Under the pieces are notes generated by a model. That model saw only the letters and a list, made by a program, of their open reading frames with translations, did not search any database and was not told the origin of the DNA. This document shows positions 11,948 through 28,914 of a stretch of 64,000 bases of DNA, piece by piece; within the stretch, counting starts at the first letter, position 1, and every line of letters begins with the position of its first letter. The DNA is from Macrostomum lignano (lineage: Eukaryota): contig NIVC01002137.1 of NCBI GenBank assembly GCA_002269645.1, positions 62,001 through 126,000 on the forward strand, in the 5' to 3' direction. The position numbers and the translations under genes were made by a program.

Positions 11948-14900
11948 TGCAAAATTTAAATAATAGAGGACAGCAATATACAATCTATAGACAATATGAT
12001 TTGGTATACTTCGTATATAAGTTGACTGTGATGAATAAAAAATAGTGACAATTAATTTCAACCAATCAAGAAACAAGTCAACAGAAGCAAAGAAATATGA
12101 CAAATTAAGCACAATATATAAATTAATAACTAGTAATGTCCAATGACAATGAATGAGAGCTAATTACTATATTCAAACAAGCAAAAGACTAAAAAACAAG
12201 GTAACTCAGTCAACAATACATTGAGAAAAAAATAGGCCAGTTAGCAATAAAATAATATGATTCAACCAAAGTGAATAATTCCTTTGTATAATAGAAAGAC
12301 AATACTATAGAAAACTATAGATACTATATTATAGAATACAACATACAATACTATACTATGGATACAATACTATAGAATAAATAGAAAGACAAAACTATAA
12401 CATGAAGTTCACTCAGATACTATATTGAAGAATAAGAACCAAGCTGAAATAGTGACTATATTCCAAGTCCAAATAAACTACTACGTAATAACAATTAATA
12501 AATAAACAATATTAGTACTAAGCAATTATTCAAAGACTATAATGACGGGCAGCGAACTGAGCAAAAAGACGTGAAAGCAAATGACAGAACAAAGGTGAAG
12601 AACACAAAACACTCAACCACGATTAAATGTGGTAATTGCGAGCGAAGTTAAAACGGTGCCTAGGCGTTCAGGTTGAGTTGGAAGAAGTATAGGCGACGTT
12701 TTTTAATCTTAGACCGGTTTTAGAAATTGAATTAATTCTTAATTGTAATTTGACTATCATTTACCTAGATTATTTTTACATTTAGTCTGCTTAACATTTG
12801 TTTTACTAAGGACGTTAAAATGGCAGTTTAAGTCATTTTAAGTCACTCGAACGCACCCCATAATTGTAGTCTTTCTTGGAAAACGATTTTTTCGTGGATC
12901 CTCAAGCAGCTGGCACTAGCAATACACTGTCTTGCTTATTCAAATATGTAGGCCTAATGTGTTAAGAATGATCCGAGTCATTTTGCAAATAGTCAAAAAA
13001 TCATTTTTTAGCTTTAGCAAACGATTTAGTACATAGGAGTTTAGACCCTACTTGTACTTAATGAATGATTGAATCTGATCGATTCGTTTTTTGTTGCAAG
13101 GTTGCAGGTTCGGTACCACTCACCAGTCCATTAATAAGTGTTGATCCGTTAATAAGCTTCAATAAGCGTAAGTCTAAAGAGAAGTTACAACATTAGACCC
13201 TATGAATTTTTTTGAATTTATTTAAATGCCTAGGCCTAATTAATACCTTTGTTTATAACAATGATTCAATGATCATGCAAATATAACAACTTCATACTAG
13301 TAAACTTTAGTGAATTGTAATTAATTTAAATAGGCCTAGTGAAGTTTACTGCTTGGTTGTGAACATTGATTGCTTTGATTAATTTCTTACCTAATCTTTT
13401 GTAACTTTCTGTTGCACTTGCTAATGCTATTAAAACTGCCATATTTGTATTTTAATATTAACTAATTAATTAGCTTCAAAATTAAAGTTTTGATTAAATA
13501 AGTAACTTATTTTAACAAAATAAGGTGACTAAGGTCTAAGGTGGAGGTGGAGAAAGTTTTATTGGAAATTGGTGGTTTGAAATTAGTTGTTGACACCAAT
13601 GAGGTAAGGCAGACTTCACATTTGAATTGCCGCCTGCATTGTCTTGGCACTCATAAAGCTGGAAAATTTCACAAACATATGTATTCAACTTCTCCTTGAT
13701 ACTCTGTCTGCTAGGTCCTCAATTCTGGGGGGAGGGTAGTCTTGATTTGCAGTCAAGCAGCCTTTAGTAGCATCGCATGGTCATTCAAATGGTTCTTTAG
13801 ACACCAAAAAATTTGTAGTTTGTCAATATGCTCAGTTTGTTATTGTCAATAATAAAGTAGCATTGCTACCACTATAATTTCGTATTATAGAACATTAAGG
13901 GTCTCAGAGCCTTCTTGAGTTGAGACTAATTGATTGTTTTCACCCTGTAGGCAAATGACTCAATAGAGACTAGAGGCTTCAATTAGGAACAATTGAATAA
14001 ATAATTGTTGTAATTCCTTATTAATATTAAGCATGGGATAATCAAACACTAATTAATGAAATTATTAAAACTTATTAGATGTATTAAATGTTAAATACTA
14101 GCTTACTACGACTGAGTTGGTTCGACATTGCCAAGAGTAGATTAATAAGATAACTGAGTTAAGTACTAAACAAATAAGCAATTAATGTGATACAATAAAC
14201 ACAAACTAGACAAGGGGAGAATCTATTTTAGAAAAAAAATAAGCCTATAAGTTTCTGTATTTTTCATGTTAGCTTTTAATACCATAGCATAGGCCTAGTC
14301 AGGAAGGTGGTGTATGCCATGGAAAATTCTGGTGCATAAAAAGGGTCCTTGATATACTTGTACACAAAAGCAGTACACACTGAGGTCCCCAGTAGATGCT
14401 ATATTGCAGTAGAACTAGAAACTGCACTCATTGCACTAGAAAATTCCAATGTACAAACACTTTAGCTAGTGTACATCTGGCATGCAAATGCTTTAGCTAG
14501 GGCCTAGTGCACATATAGCGTACAAGGAGGAAATACAACTTTCTGGCACAATCATTTATAACTATACATGTTCAAGCTTGCATTGCAGCGAACAAAAGTG
14601 TTGAAGTATGCCATAATTACATAAATTACATTAAACAATCCTTTGCTATAGTAAAGTCTATTTCTAATTTATGATAATAAATTAATTTCTTAAATAATAT
14701 ACTATAAGCAGTGTTGGGCACCACAGTCTGCTAATAAGCATGAATAAGCTTTAAGATTTTTCATTAACATTAATAGACTGTCATTAAGATTTTTTTGAAC
14801 TAATAGATTAACAAATTTGTGTTAATAATTGTGTGAGTTAACAACAAATTTATTGTTACTGTTAATGGCAATGTCAATGACCAAATAAAAATGCAAAGAA

Positions 14901-17437
14901 AGAACCAAAATATAAGTCTGACAGGAAGTTACAACATTATAAATGTATTCAAATTTACCTAAATGCGTAATTAATCTCTTTGTTTATAACAATGATCATG
15001 AAAATGTAACAACTTCTTACTAATGAACTTTAATAATAAATTACAATTTGAACTTTATTGTTGCGTGTGAGCATCAATCGCTTTGATTCACTTCTTTCCC
15101 AATCTTTCTTAACTTTCTGCTGTGCCTGTTAATGCTACTAAAACAACCTTTCTATTCATATTTCATGATTAACTAATTAGCTTTCAAGTTCCAAATAGCT
15201 GAGTTAATTATTTTACCATATGCTTACTTTTAGTAGTATTATACATACAAGTTTTTAAAAATATTATTTATTACTTTTTAGCTTGTAAATTGCTTGGATG
15301 ACCTTTGTGTTTTGCTAAAAAGGTGGAAAATCAAAGACAGTGCATTATGAAGTCTGCTTTGGAAATTAGTGCAAGATTTCATATTTTCTGTGTTAAATTA
15401 ATGGATTAATGCTTATTAATGATAATCAGTTAACTTTCAGTTAACTTAATGAAATTAAGAGTTAATAAGTTAAGATTTTTTGTTTTAATACTAACGCTAA
15501 TTGCTATTAAGCTATAAGTTAATATTTTATATTGATGGTACCCAACACTGACTATAAGTTTCTACAGTCACTAGTATAAAATATACCTAAAACAATAGTA
15601 TACATAACTATTTTGTTTTATTAATTATTTTAATATTTAAATAATACAGGTTTCATTTTTTGCAGCAATTATTTTGCTGCATGCATGCACATATCTACTG
15701 TTTATTGCATTGTTCAGGTGCTTTTTAATCACAATTTTTAGTGGCATACACTTTACTAGATAGCAAAATACTTTCAGGTATATATGTAATATGATCTGCA
15801 ATATAGAGTGTATATGGCACATAATTATGAGACACACTATAGTTTCTAAAATATTTGGTGCCTAAAAATATGTGGATGCTAAGAGTCAAGCAAAAATGCA
15901 TTACGGGGCCTCAGCTGCTGCAATATGCATGGTGTTTTTAATGTGCGCCACTGTGACAAGACAAAGGTTAAAAAAGGTCATTTGATATACCATGACACTA
16001 GAAATAAGGTTTCATTATTTTTTTTCATATTAAACCCCTGAAATATACTAATACATAATCAAAACTATAATACTAACATACTAACAAATTATTCTGGTGT
16101 ACACTGTGCCACCTTCTTGACTATGGCTTTAACAGATTAACACTTATTAATGATTATCTGTTAACTTTTACTTAATTTTACAAAATTACATTTTAAAAAG
16201 TTAATGTTATTATTTTGTTTTAATGCTAACATTTTTGCTATTATTATAAACAAGTTAAAGACTTTCATTAATGGTGCCCATTATTAGCAGATTTGTTTTG
16301 GCAGTTTTAAGTTGTGACATCATAACATCATGAAATCTATTGAAGGGTGCAAAAACATATCTTAATTATTTTTGTTGTTCTTTCTTTAAACTTCATTTGC
16401 ATTTTATTTTGAAGCATAGCAATATTAATACATATTGTTATTCTCATTTGATACCAAAGTGGCTATTACCAAAATGGCATGGTGTAGGTGTACACCTAAA
16501 AATTTGCCTAAAAAAACTCTGGTATACACTAGATACCTTCCTAATAGTGGCCTAAGAATGGGGGCACCTAGTGCCAAAGGCCTAATAAGCCTACTTAAGA
16601 GGTGCACCATAATAGGCACCATAAATTCAAAATTTTTAATTTTGAATTAGATCATGCAAGGCAATGGGTTTAGTTATCATTCTTTTATAGCTTATGCTTA
16701 CTAGAAAAGAGGAGTAGGCCCTAGCTAAAATGTACCTAGACAAATAATAGCTATAATATAAGTTATAAGTTATCTATTTAGTCAAAATTCCTTGCTTTAT
16801 ATTAATAAATTCAAAGTGCTATACTTCTTAAAAGCTAAATTAAGCCAATAATGAATGCTAGATAGATTTTATTTAAAATGCAATTCTAGAGGTATAATGA
16901 AACAATGAACAATGATCTAATATGCTAAGCTATGTTAAGTCTTGTATCCTTCCAAATGTATACTCTTGCTAATAATAATATTTAATTATTGATTGCTATA
17001 GTTGCATTGTATACTCTGAGTAGATGGCTCTTTTTATATAAAAGTTTTTTTACACTATAAAATCTTATAAAATGCATAAATGGAAGTTGTATCAGTTAAG
17101 CTATGATATACACTTCACATAGAGCTTTGTATAATGACTCTAAAGCCTCTAAGTTCAAGCTTAAGTATTAAGCTTTTAATATAGCTCTAGCATTAACAAT
17201 GTAAGCTTCTTGCTACTAAGCTGAGATTGTACACACAATAAGATATTTACTTTAAGTAGTCTATCTCTTTGAATAATCATGATAAAAAGCATATTGATTG
17301 TGAACTCTTCATGAAAACTTGAAATCAACAGAGTAAGTCAGCTATATTACTCGTAAATATAAATATAAAGATATAAAGAATAAAACATTTCAGCTTGTCT
17401 TGTGCCCTGTTGTTCTGTGAAATAAAAAGTTCAAAGC

Positions 17438-19265
17438 ATGCAAGCCTATTTAAGCCGCCTAGAAGCTCACATAGCCGCAGCTCGGGCCCGTTGCAATCAG
17501 TTAAACAACAACTGCCAGTTAGCCACTGATGATTCATCATTGTCAATGTCTACAAATTCTATTGGCGCTAATCCTCATCTAGCGGCGCGCCAATTTGGCG
17601 CTATTGAGCGCGCCAACCGGCTGGCTAGGCGTCGCTTAACAACAGCGTCGTTGCGTCGATTGGCAAGTCAGATTGGTGGAGCGGCGGAAGCTGCCAGTCT
17701 GGTTGCATTATCGTCTGCTTCTAAGAAGAAGCCAACAGAGGCAGAGGATGCAGACTCCGCTGAGGCTGCTCTAGCTCGACTGGCTAAAGAGGCTGCTGAG
17801 ATACAAATTCACGATGAGGAACAGCCAGATGGGGTAGTTGGAGATGGTGACAATCAAGATGTAAGTAGTTTGTAGTTTACTTGTCTCCTCCTCGAGTCGT
17901 TTGGGAATGTGGGAAAACTTCAGTTGGAGAGGCTCGATGGGAAGATTTTGGTGGGAGGAGCTCTGTAGGAGAAGCTTGGTAGAAGAAACTCTGGGGAAAT
18001 CTTGTGCTCCTATTTCCTTGAACTACGTATATCTGGCACTGTAACCTCGCCTAAGGCCGCCGCCGCTGTGCCGCCTGAGACGCTGGCCCACGCCGCTCAG
18101 TCGCGCGCCTGTCTGGACTGCCTGTTAGCTCGGCGCTCTTTAGCCGCTGCGGAGTCAGACTTCGCCAGCCTGAGCGAGCAGTTCAGCCGGCACCTCCAGC
18201 TGGCCGGCCTGTCGCCAGATGAAGCAGCTCTTGTCGTGGCCTATCGCGCTAACGGTTGCGGGGCCGCTGAACGCGCCGGCGCCGATGCGAGGCGCCGCTA
18301 CGCCGCCAGTTTATCGTCTGTTGGCGGCGGCGGCGGCGCTAGCGAGCACGCTTCGGCTGTGGCGCTTCGTCGCCGTCTGATTGGCGCCGCGGCGGATCGA
18401 TTGCGCGCTAATCAGGGCGCCATAGCGGCGCTACTACGAGGTGATGCGCGCGTAGATTTAGCCGAGCAGAGGCGCCTGGCCAGCAGGCTGATGCTGGACT
18501 CGTTTCAGCGGCCAGACTCTGAGCTGGCGCTGTTGGCTCAGGAGGCTGCGACTGCGACCACTTTAGCTGCGGTAGCAGCTTCATCGTTTAGCAATGGAGA
18601 ATCGAGTGGCGAAAGTCGACTCAAGTATCAAACACTGGCTGACGAAGGTCACGGATTGTACAGTCTGCATCGGCTGCTGGAGGATGAGGTTGGCAAGCTG
18701 GGTTTCTATTGATTATCTGATAAGGCGGAGAGGCGGATTACCAAGGACTGGGGGGGGGGGGTGGAATGGCAGATTCCCAATAACTGTGAGGAGTGGAGAG
18801 GCAGATTCTTAAAAAAACTTAAAGAGGCGGAGAGGCAGATTCTAAAAAAACTGGGGTTGAAGATACAGATTTAGAAGTGCTTGAGCAGCAAGTATCCCTT
18901 GAAATCACAGGCAGATTTTTATAGTGCCTTCAAATTCCATTTCTCCAATTTCTAAAATCCGCCGCCAGATTCGCGCCGCTGAGTCGCGCGCTATCGCCCG
19001 ACGCTCAGGCGCCGCAATCGGCGCCGCCGCTGCCAGCCTGCGCCGCAGTTGCGATGCGCTGAAGCGACGCCAAGCAGACGCCGAGCTAAGTGAGACGAGC
19101 TGCGCTGATACTGTTGACCGCCTGCTAGCGGAATGCGAGCCACTGATCGACCAGTTGTCAGTCGGAGTTGATCAACTGCATGCTTCGGTTGGCGTGCATC
19201 GAAGCCAGCCGGCATTTCGACTATCCGAGAAATCGACTGGCTCTGGATTGGGTGCTTCTAGCTGA
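17438..19265 (+). CDS. HAUS augmin-like complex subunit 5-like coiled-coil protein; 5' end apparently decayed
   Basis: Exons 17438-17860, 18056-18688 and 18969-19265, all phase 0. C-terminal LHASVGVHRSQPAFRLSEK resembles the HAUS5 (..GDWWEQP..) tail as I recall it. Family assignment is tentative. Confidence 0.55.
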
Positions 19266-19554
19266 GATTTTTTAAACTGCAAATCTACTTTGCGCGGCTA
19301 TGGTTTATTACTTATCTGTGTTTTTATATCCATTGGTGTAAATGTCAATTTTATATCTTTCTTATAGCTCATAATTTATAAAACAAAAAAATTTAATGCA
19401 TTTTTCTATGATTTCATTCTCGATTTTGTCTCTCTTACCTGAAAGCTCAACCGGAATTAATTTAAGTTAGCTTTGCATATGAATAAATTTATTTAAAAAT
19501 ATTTTTTACGCGACTTAATCGTCATTTTCTGAAATGTTTACTATCAATATATTT

Positions 19555-20060
19555 AGACTAGCCATCTAACTCCCCCACTAGGGGCCTATAGCTATAATGC
19601 TCCAGGCAATTAGTCTCAGATTTTAGTGTATATGGACTAGCCATCTAGCTCCCCCACATGGGCCTGTAGCTTAAATGATCCAAGCAATAGTCTCAGATTT
19701 TAGTGTATGTGGACTAGCCATCTAGCTCCTTCACATGGGCCTGTAGCTTAAATGATCCAAGCAATAGTCTCAGATTTTTGTGTATGTGGACTAGCCATCT
19801 AGCTCCTTCACATGGGCCTGTAGCTTAAATGATCCAAGTAATAGTCTCAGATTTTTGTGTATGTGGACTAGCCATCTAGCTTCTCCACATGGGCCTGTAG
19901 CTTAAATGATCCAAGTAATAGTCTCAGATTTTTGTGTATGTGGACTAGCCATCTAGCTTCTCCACATGGGCCTGTAGCTTAAATGATCCAACCAATTAGT
20001 CTCAGATTTTAGTGTAAGTGTATGTGGACTAGCCATCTAGCTCCCCCACCGGTGGCCTCT
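19555..20060. repeat. 77-bp tandem repeat, ~6.5 copies, intergenic
   Basis: GGACTAGCCATCTAGCT recurs at 19634, 19711, 19788, 19865 and 19942. Confidence 0.95.
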
Positions 20061-20273
20061 AGCTAGCTTAAATGCCCTATGTATTTTAGCAATATGTTAG
20101 TGAAATGACTATCCGGCTCCCTTCAGTTAACCTATGCAGTACTCTACAGTCAAATTAAATCTATCGACATGTATTCAAATGCAAGTACGTAAAATTCCTC
20201 TTAAGATTGAAAATTTGCAATAATGATGCAAAACTACTAATAAGTAGTATGACTGCTGATTTTCCAGCAAAAA

Positions 20274-24908
<4,635 letters not shown>

Positions 24909-25124
24909 TCGATGCTTGATTCTGCAATATTTTACTGCATACGCGTCCTGCTTACTATTAGTAGGGCAACTACTATCGAAAATGTTTTCTACAGTAAAAT
25001 TAGATTTTTAACGAATATTTTGTTGGAGTAGAAAGGATTCTGTACAAGCATAACGGTAAGAGTCTTTGAGTCTGTAAATTGAGCCATAAAAATACATTTG
25101 GAGCTCTAGGTTTACTGAATCATC

Positions 25125-25440
25125 CAATGTACACCCGCTCTGTCCAACCCAACCCCAGCTGCCCTTCCCTCAATGTACACTCGCTCTGGCCAAACCCACC
25201 CCAGCTCCCCTTCCCCCAATGTATACTCGCTCTGTCCAACCCCACCCCAGCTCCCCTTCCCCCAATGTACACTCGCTCTGTCCAACCCCACCCCAGCTCC
25301 CCTTCCCCCAATGTATACTCGCTCTGTCCAACCCCACCCCAGCTTCCCTTCCCCAATGTACGCCCACTGTCCAACCCCACCCCTGCTCCCCTTCCCCCTA
25401 TGTACACTCGCTCTGTCCAACCCCGCCCTCAGCTTCCCTC
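25125..25440. repeat. ~45-bp minisatellite (AATGTATACTCGCTCTGTCCAACCCCACCCCAGCTCCCCTTCCCC)n
   Basis: About 7 copies downstream of UCKL1. Confidence 0.92.
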
Positions 25441-26081
25441 CCTCAATGTTAGCTAGTAATATGAATCTTAATGTTACAGTTGACGGATTCCTTGTTGCTT
25501 ATAAATATTGCTAAATTTTTAAGTAATAATCACGCTCGCATTTCATTTGCTTTTTAATAAACCCTGCAATTTTTTATTGAAAGGTGCGTAGATAATGGTA
25601 TCTGTCTGTATCTTTTTTTAGAAACTAAACTGTTCGCACCTTTCGATTGGTACTTTTGCATGCACTTTTTCTGTAAAACTTCGCATATGCCGGCTTCGAG
25701 TTAATAAAGTGTAAAAGCATATTGTCCAAGTTTACTGTTTATCTGGTCGATCTTATTTAATTTTTAAATTTTGTATGAGTACTTCGAGTAATGCGCAAAA
25801 GGCCTTAAAATGTATGTTTCTTAGAAATAGTCCCATAAATCCGTCATAAAAATCAGTTAACGACAACAATAAATAAAATTATAAAAAACACACGTCCAAG
25901 GTATCACTTTCTAAGAAACAGCATGGGATAAATAAATTTCTAAGAAAAGGCCACCGATATATATTTGAGTTTCTTAGAAACGACCTCAAACTGTTTCTTA
26001 GAAAATATCCCCAATAAATATAAATAATAGTCACTTTTTTAGAATTACCACGCTCATTTATCTAGCGTGGTAGTCAGGGGA

Positions 26082-26085
<4 letters not shown>

Positions 26086-26153
<68 letters not shown>
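26086..26153. repeat. (GA)n microsatellite
   Basis: Pure GA run. Confidence 0.98.
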
Positions 26154-26160
<7 letters not shown>

Positions 26161-26194
26161 AGAGAGTAATGAATTATATAATGTTACTAATTAC

Positions 26195-26460
26195 AACCCC
26201 AGACTCACGACTTCAAGGTTGTGGTTCGAGTCCCGATCCCACTCAAAAAAATTGTGTCCTTAAGCAAGACACTTAACTCTACATTGCTTCAGTTCACCCA
26301 GCTGTAAAATGGGTGCCAGCATTAGCTGGGATAATTGAGGGTGTCGGTGTGGCGACCCCCCAGACCACCCTCCGCCGTACGCAGCCTTCAGATGCGCCGC
26401 CCAATAGCTTCGGCTGAGCTGTCGGTTGCACATCTGGTCATTGGAGCGGGAATAATCAGT
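26195..26460 (+). mobile_element. tRNA-derived SINE with CORE/Meta-like central domain
   Basis: B-box GGTTCGAGTCCC at ~26225, followed by TGTGTCCTTAAGCAAGACACTTAAC...CACCCAGCTGTAAAATGGGTGCC, resembling the conserved CORE/Meta SINE body. Confidence 0.7.
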
Positions 26461-26596
26461 TAATAATATTGCTATTAAAATTATTACTAAGATAACATGA
26501 ATTCATTGTTCAATTTAATAGTCACAGTCGTCTACTTTTAGTAGATAAGAAGAACGATATAAAATATTGAATCGTATTATTGCAGTGTCTGGCAAG

Positions 26597-27051
26597 GGGG
26601 GCATCATAAACCCGAAAAATCACAACTCCGAAAAGCGCTTTTCATCATAAACCCGAAATATCATAAACCCGAAATATCATAAACCCAAAATATCACAAAC
26701 CCGAAATATCACAAACCCGAAATATCATAAACCCGAAATATCATAACTCCGAAAGTGCTAGCAACGTCAATCATAAACCCGAAATATCACAAACCCGAAA
26801 TATCATATCTCCGAAAACCAAAATAGCAACGTCCATCATAAACCCGAAATATCATAACTCCGAAAGTTTTAGCAACGCACATCATAAACCCGAAAAATCA
26901 CAAACCCGAAATATCATAACTCCGAAAACCAAAATAGTGTTGGACATTGCTAGAACTTTCGGAGTTATGATATTTCGGGTTTGTGATATTTCGGGTTTAT
27001 GATGGGAAGTGCTTTCGGAGTTGTGATTTTTCGGGTTTATGATGGCGACCC
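26597..27051. mobile_element. Mutator-like (MULE/foldback) MITE
   Basis: 9-bp TSD TCTGGCAAG (26588-26596, 27052-27060); GGG...CCC ends; long TIRs built of ATCATAAACCCGAAAT tandem units. Confidence 0.88.
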
Positions 27052-27119
27052 TCTGGCAAGGGTCATTTTAATTTTTCACTAATTAGTCACCGACTAAAAC
27101 AGCCTTTTTTCGTTTTCAG

Positions 27120-28834
27120 CGGCTCCATCATCCATTCGCCAAAATTATTCTCAATCAGATTCGCCTCTACTCGCCCGCGTTTGCCTGTCTGTTGCTTTTT
27201 CTGCTCCTGCAGCTGACAGCAATTCCATCGGCTTCCGCCAGTGCATCTTCTTCGTCGTCGGCGGCTTCGCCGACTTCCTCAGCCACGGCTGATTGGCCGT
27301 CGACGTCGAAATCGAGTCGGCTGTCTTGCGACCAGCTGCGTCCCGGACAGTACTTGTGCTCTGAACCGGACATTAATCCGGCCACTCAGCAGGCTGTGAA
27401 CTGCAGCAAGGAGGGCTTCGCTCCCGTCCTGTGCGAATTAGCAGATAATCTCACCTGCATTGGCGACTTTCTCTGCCCGACGGTAGGGAAAGCTTTTCTT
27501 TTCAGTGTAAAAGTGTGTTCTGGAGATTCTTAAACATGTCCTAAAAATAGTACCTGACGTCATTCTCTGTTCATTCTTTTAAGCGTTGAATTTTTCTATA
27601 TTTTGGTGTTCTCTAAATAGCATCTGACCTCATCCTATTGGCTGTCGTGTCTCTGTTCTAAAAATAGCATCTGACCTCATCTGTGCCTGTAATGCATTCA
27701 AGCTACGAGGGCTGTCCCAAAAGTAGTTATACTTTTCACTATATCTCTTGTTCTGCTGATCCACATAACATCATTAGAAACAGACAATGGAAACAAAAGT
27801 TATAAACTAAAATGTAGCAGGACCTCGACCATAGACTTACGGTAAGTCAACAAGGTAACAAAATTTCGAAGTGGTAGCTGACAAACGTAACTGGCTGCAG
27901 TGAATGCTGCAAAATGACTGCAGGAAATGACTGCTAAGACCCATGAGCCAATGGAAGTTGAGCATGAATCTCGGCTCAACTGTGCCCCGTCTCCCAATGG
28001 GTGTATATCACACTCCTTTGAGCAACACTTGAATGCACATCCCTGACTTTTAGTGCAGCAAAAGGAGGGATCAAAAAGCAACAAAGCTGAAGCCCAGTTT
28101 GAAATATTCTGTTTCTTTAACAGCTATATGCTTCTGCAAGTTTTTCCATAGATATCTCTTTGTCACAGCAGCCTAAAAAAGAAGTCTGAGTGCATTCAAT
28201 CATTCATTCGCTACTTTCCGCTAGCTTGTCGAATTACTGTAAGTCTATGGTCGAGGTCCTGCTACGTTTTAGTTTTTAACTTTTGTTTCCATTGTCTGTT
28301 AAAGATAATATAAAGAAGAGAGTTGCCGCTATAAATCTGTGCAAAATTATGTTATTTGGATCAGCAGAACAAGAGATATAGTGAAAAGTATAACTACTTT
28401 TGGGACAGCCCTCGTAGCATCTGACCTCATCTGTGCCTGTAATGCATTCAAGCTACGAGTAATTTTAAGCAAGCTCTCAAACTCAACATTTGCAGTCCCT
28501 ATCCGGCGCCAGCCAGTTCCCCAATCGCTGTTTCCAATCGACCACCGCTTGTCGTTGGACGAACGGCAAACAGTTTCACGTGGCCGTTCTGCTGTCCGTT
28601 TTCACCGGCTTTCTCGGCTTGGACAGATTCTATCTGGGCTATCCGGCTATTGGCTTGGCCAAGCTATTCACCTTTGGCGGCTACGGGTTTTTGCACCTGT
28701 TGGACGTCATATTAATTAGCTTGCAGATTGTCAGGCCAGCTGATCAATCGCACTACGTGTCTCCGCACTACGGCCCGTTGGTCACTCGGATACCGGCTAG
28801 CAACGATACTCTGTTTACTGGTGGAACGTCCTAA
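27120..28834 (+). CDS. TM2D1: TM2 domain-containing protein 1 (beta-amyloid binding protein family); no genomic ATG
   Basis: Exons 27120-27482 and 28496-28834. Contains a signal-peptide-like segment, CDQLRPGQYLC.EP.INPATQQAVNC, CRWTNGK, LLSVFTGFLGLDRFYLGYPAIGLAKLFTFGG and ILISLQIVRPAD. Confidence 0.93.
27706..28414. mobile_element. Tc1/mariner-like MITE in the TM2D1 intron
   Basis: TA|CGAGGGCTGTCCCAAAAGTAGTTATAC...GTATAACTACTTTTGGGACAGCCCTCG|TA; imperfect TIRs ~150 bp; TA TSD. Confidence 0.9.
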
Positions 28835-28914
28835 TCATAGATTTTAAAACTTATTGAACTGAGTGAGTCCTGGGGTCTTATGCAAGAATCTATTTATGTA
28901 AGGCTGAAAAAAAG

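Larger units (their letters stand above)
8936..12858. mobile_element. PIF/Harbinger DNA transposon, apparently complete, with ~700-bp TIRs
   Basis: TIRs 8936-9636 and 12158-12858 start GGGTGCGTTCGAGTGACTTAAAATG, with 12 differences by manual alignment. 3-bp TSD CAT. Two convergent internal genes. Confidence 0.95.

Noticed and set aside
16650-16960. Decayed HAUS5 N-terminal exon
   Set aside because: Two different frames look protein-like after reverting stops; cannot be distinguished from chance by eye.
16650-17437. Variant genetic code (TAA/TAG = Gln) to explain in-frame stops
   Set aside because: TAA terminates TM2D1 and GEMIN7 normally, and intact exons contain no in-frame TAA/TAG; local mutation explains it better.
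26195-26245. tRNA gene
   Set aside because: B-box present but no complete cloverleaf; it continues into a SINE body.
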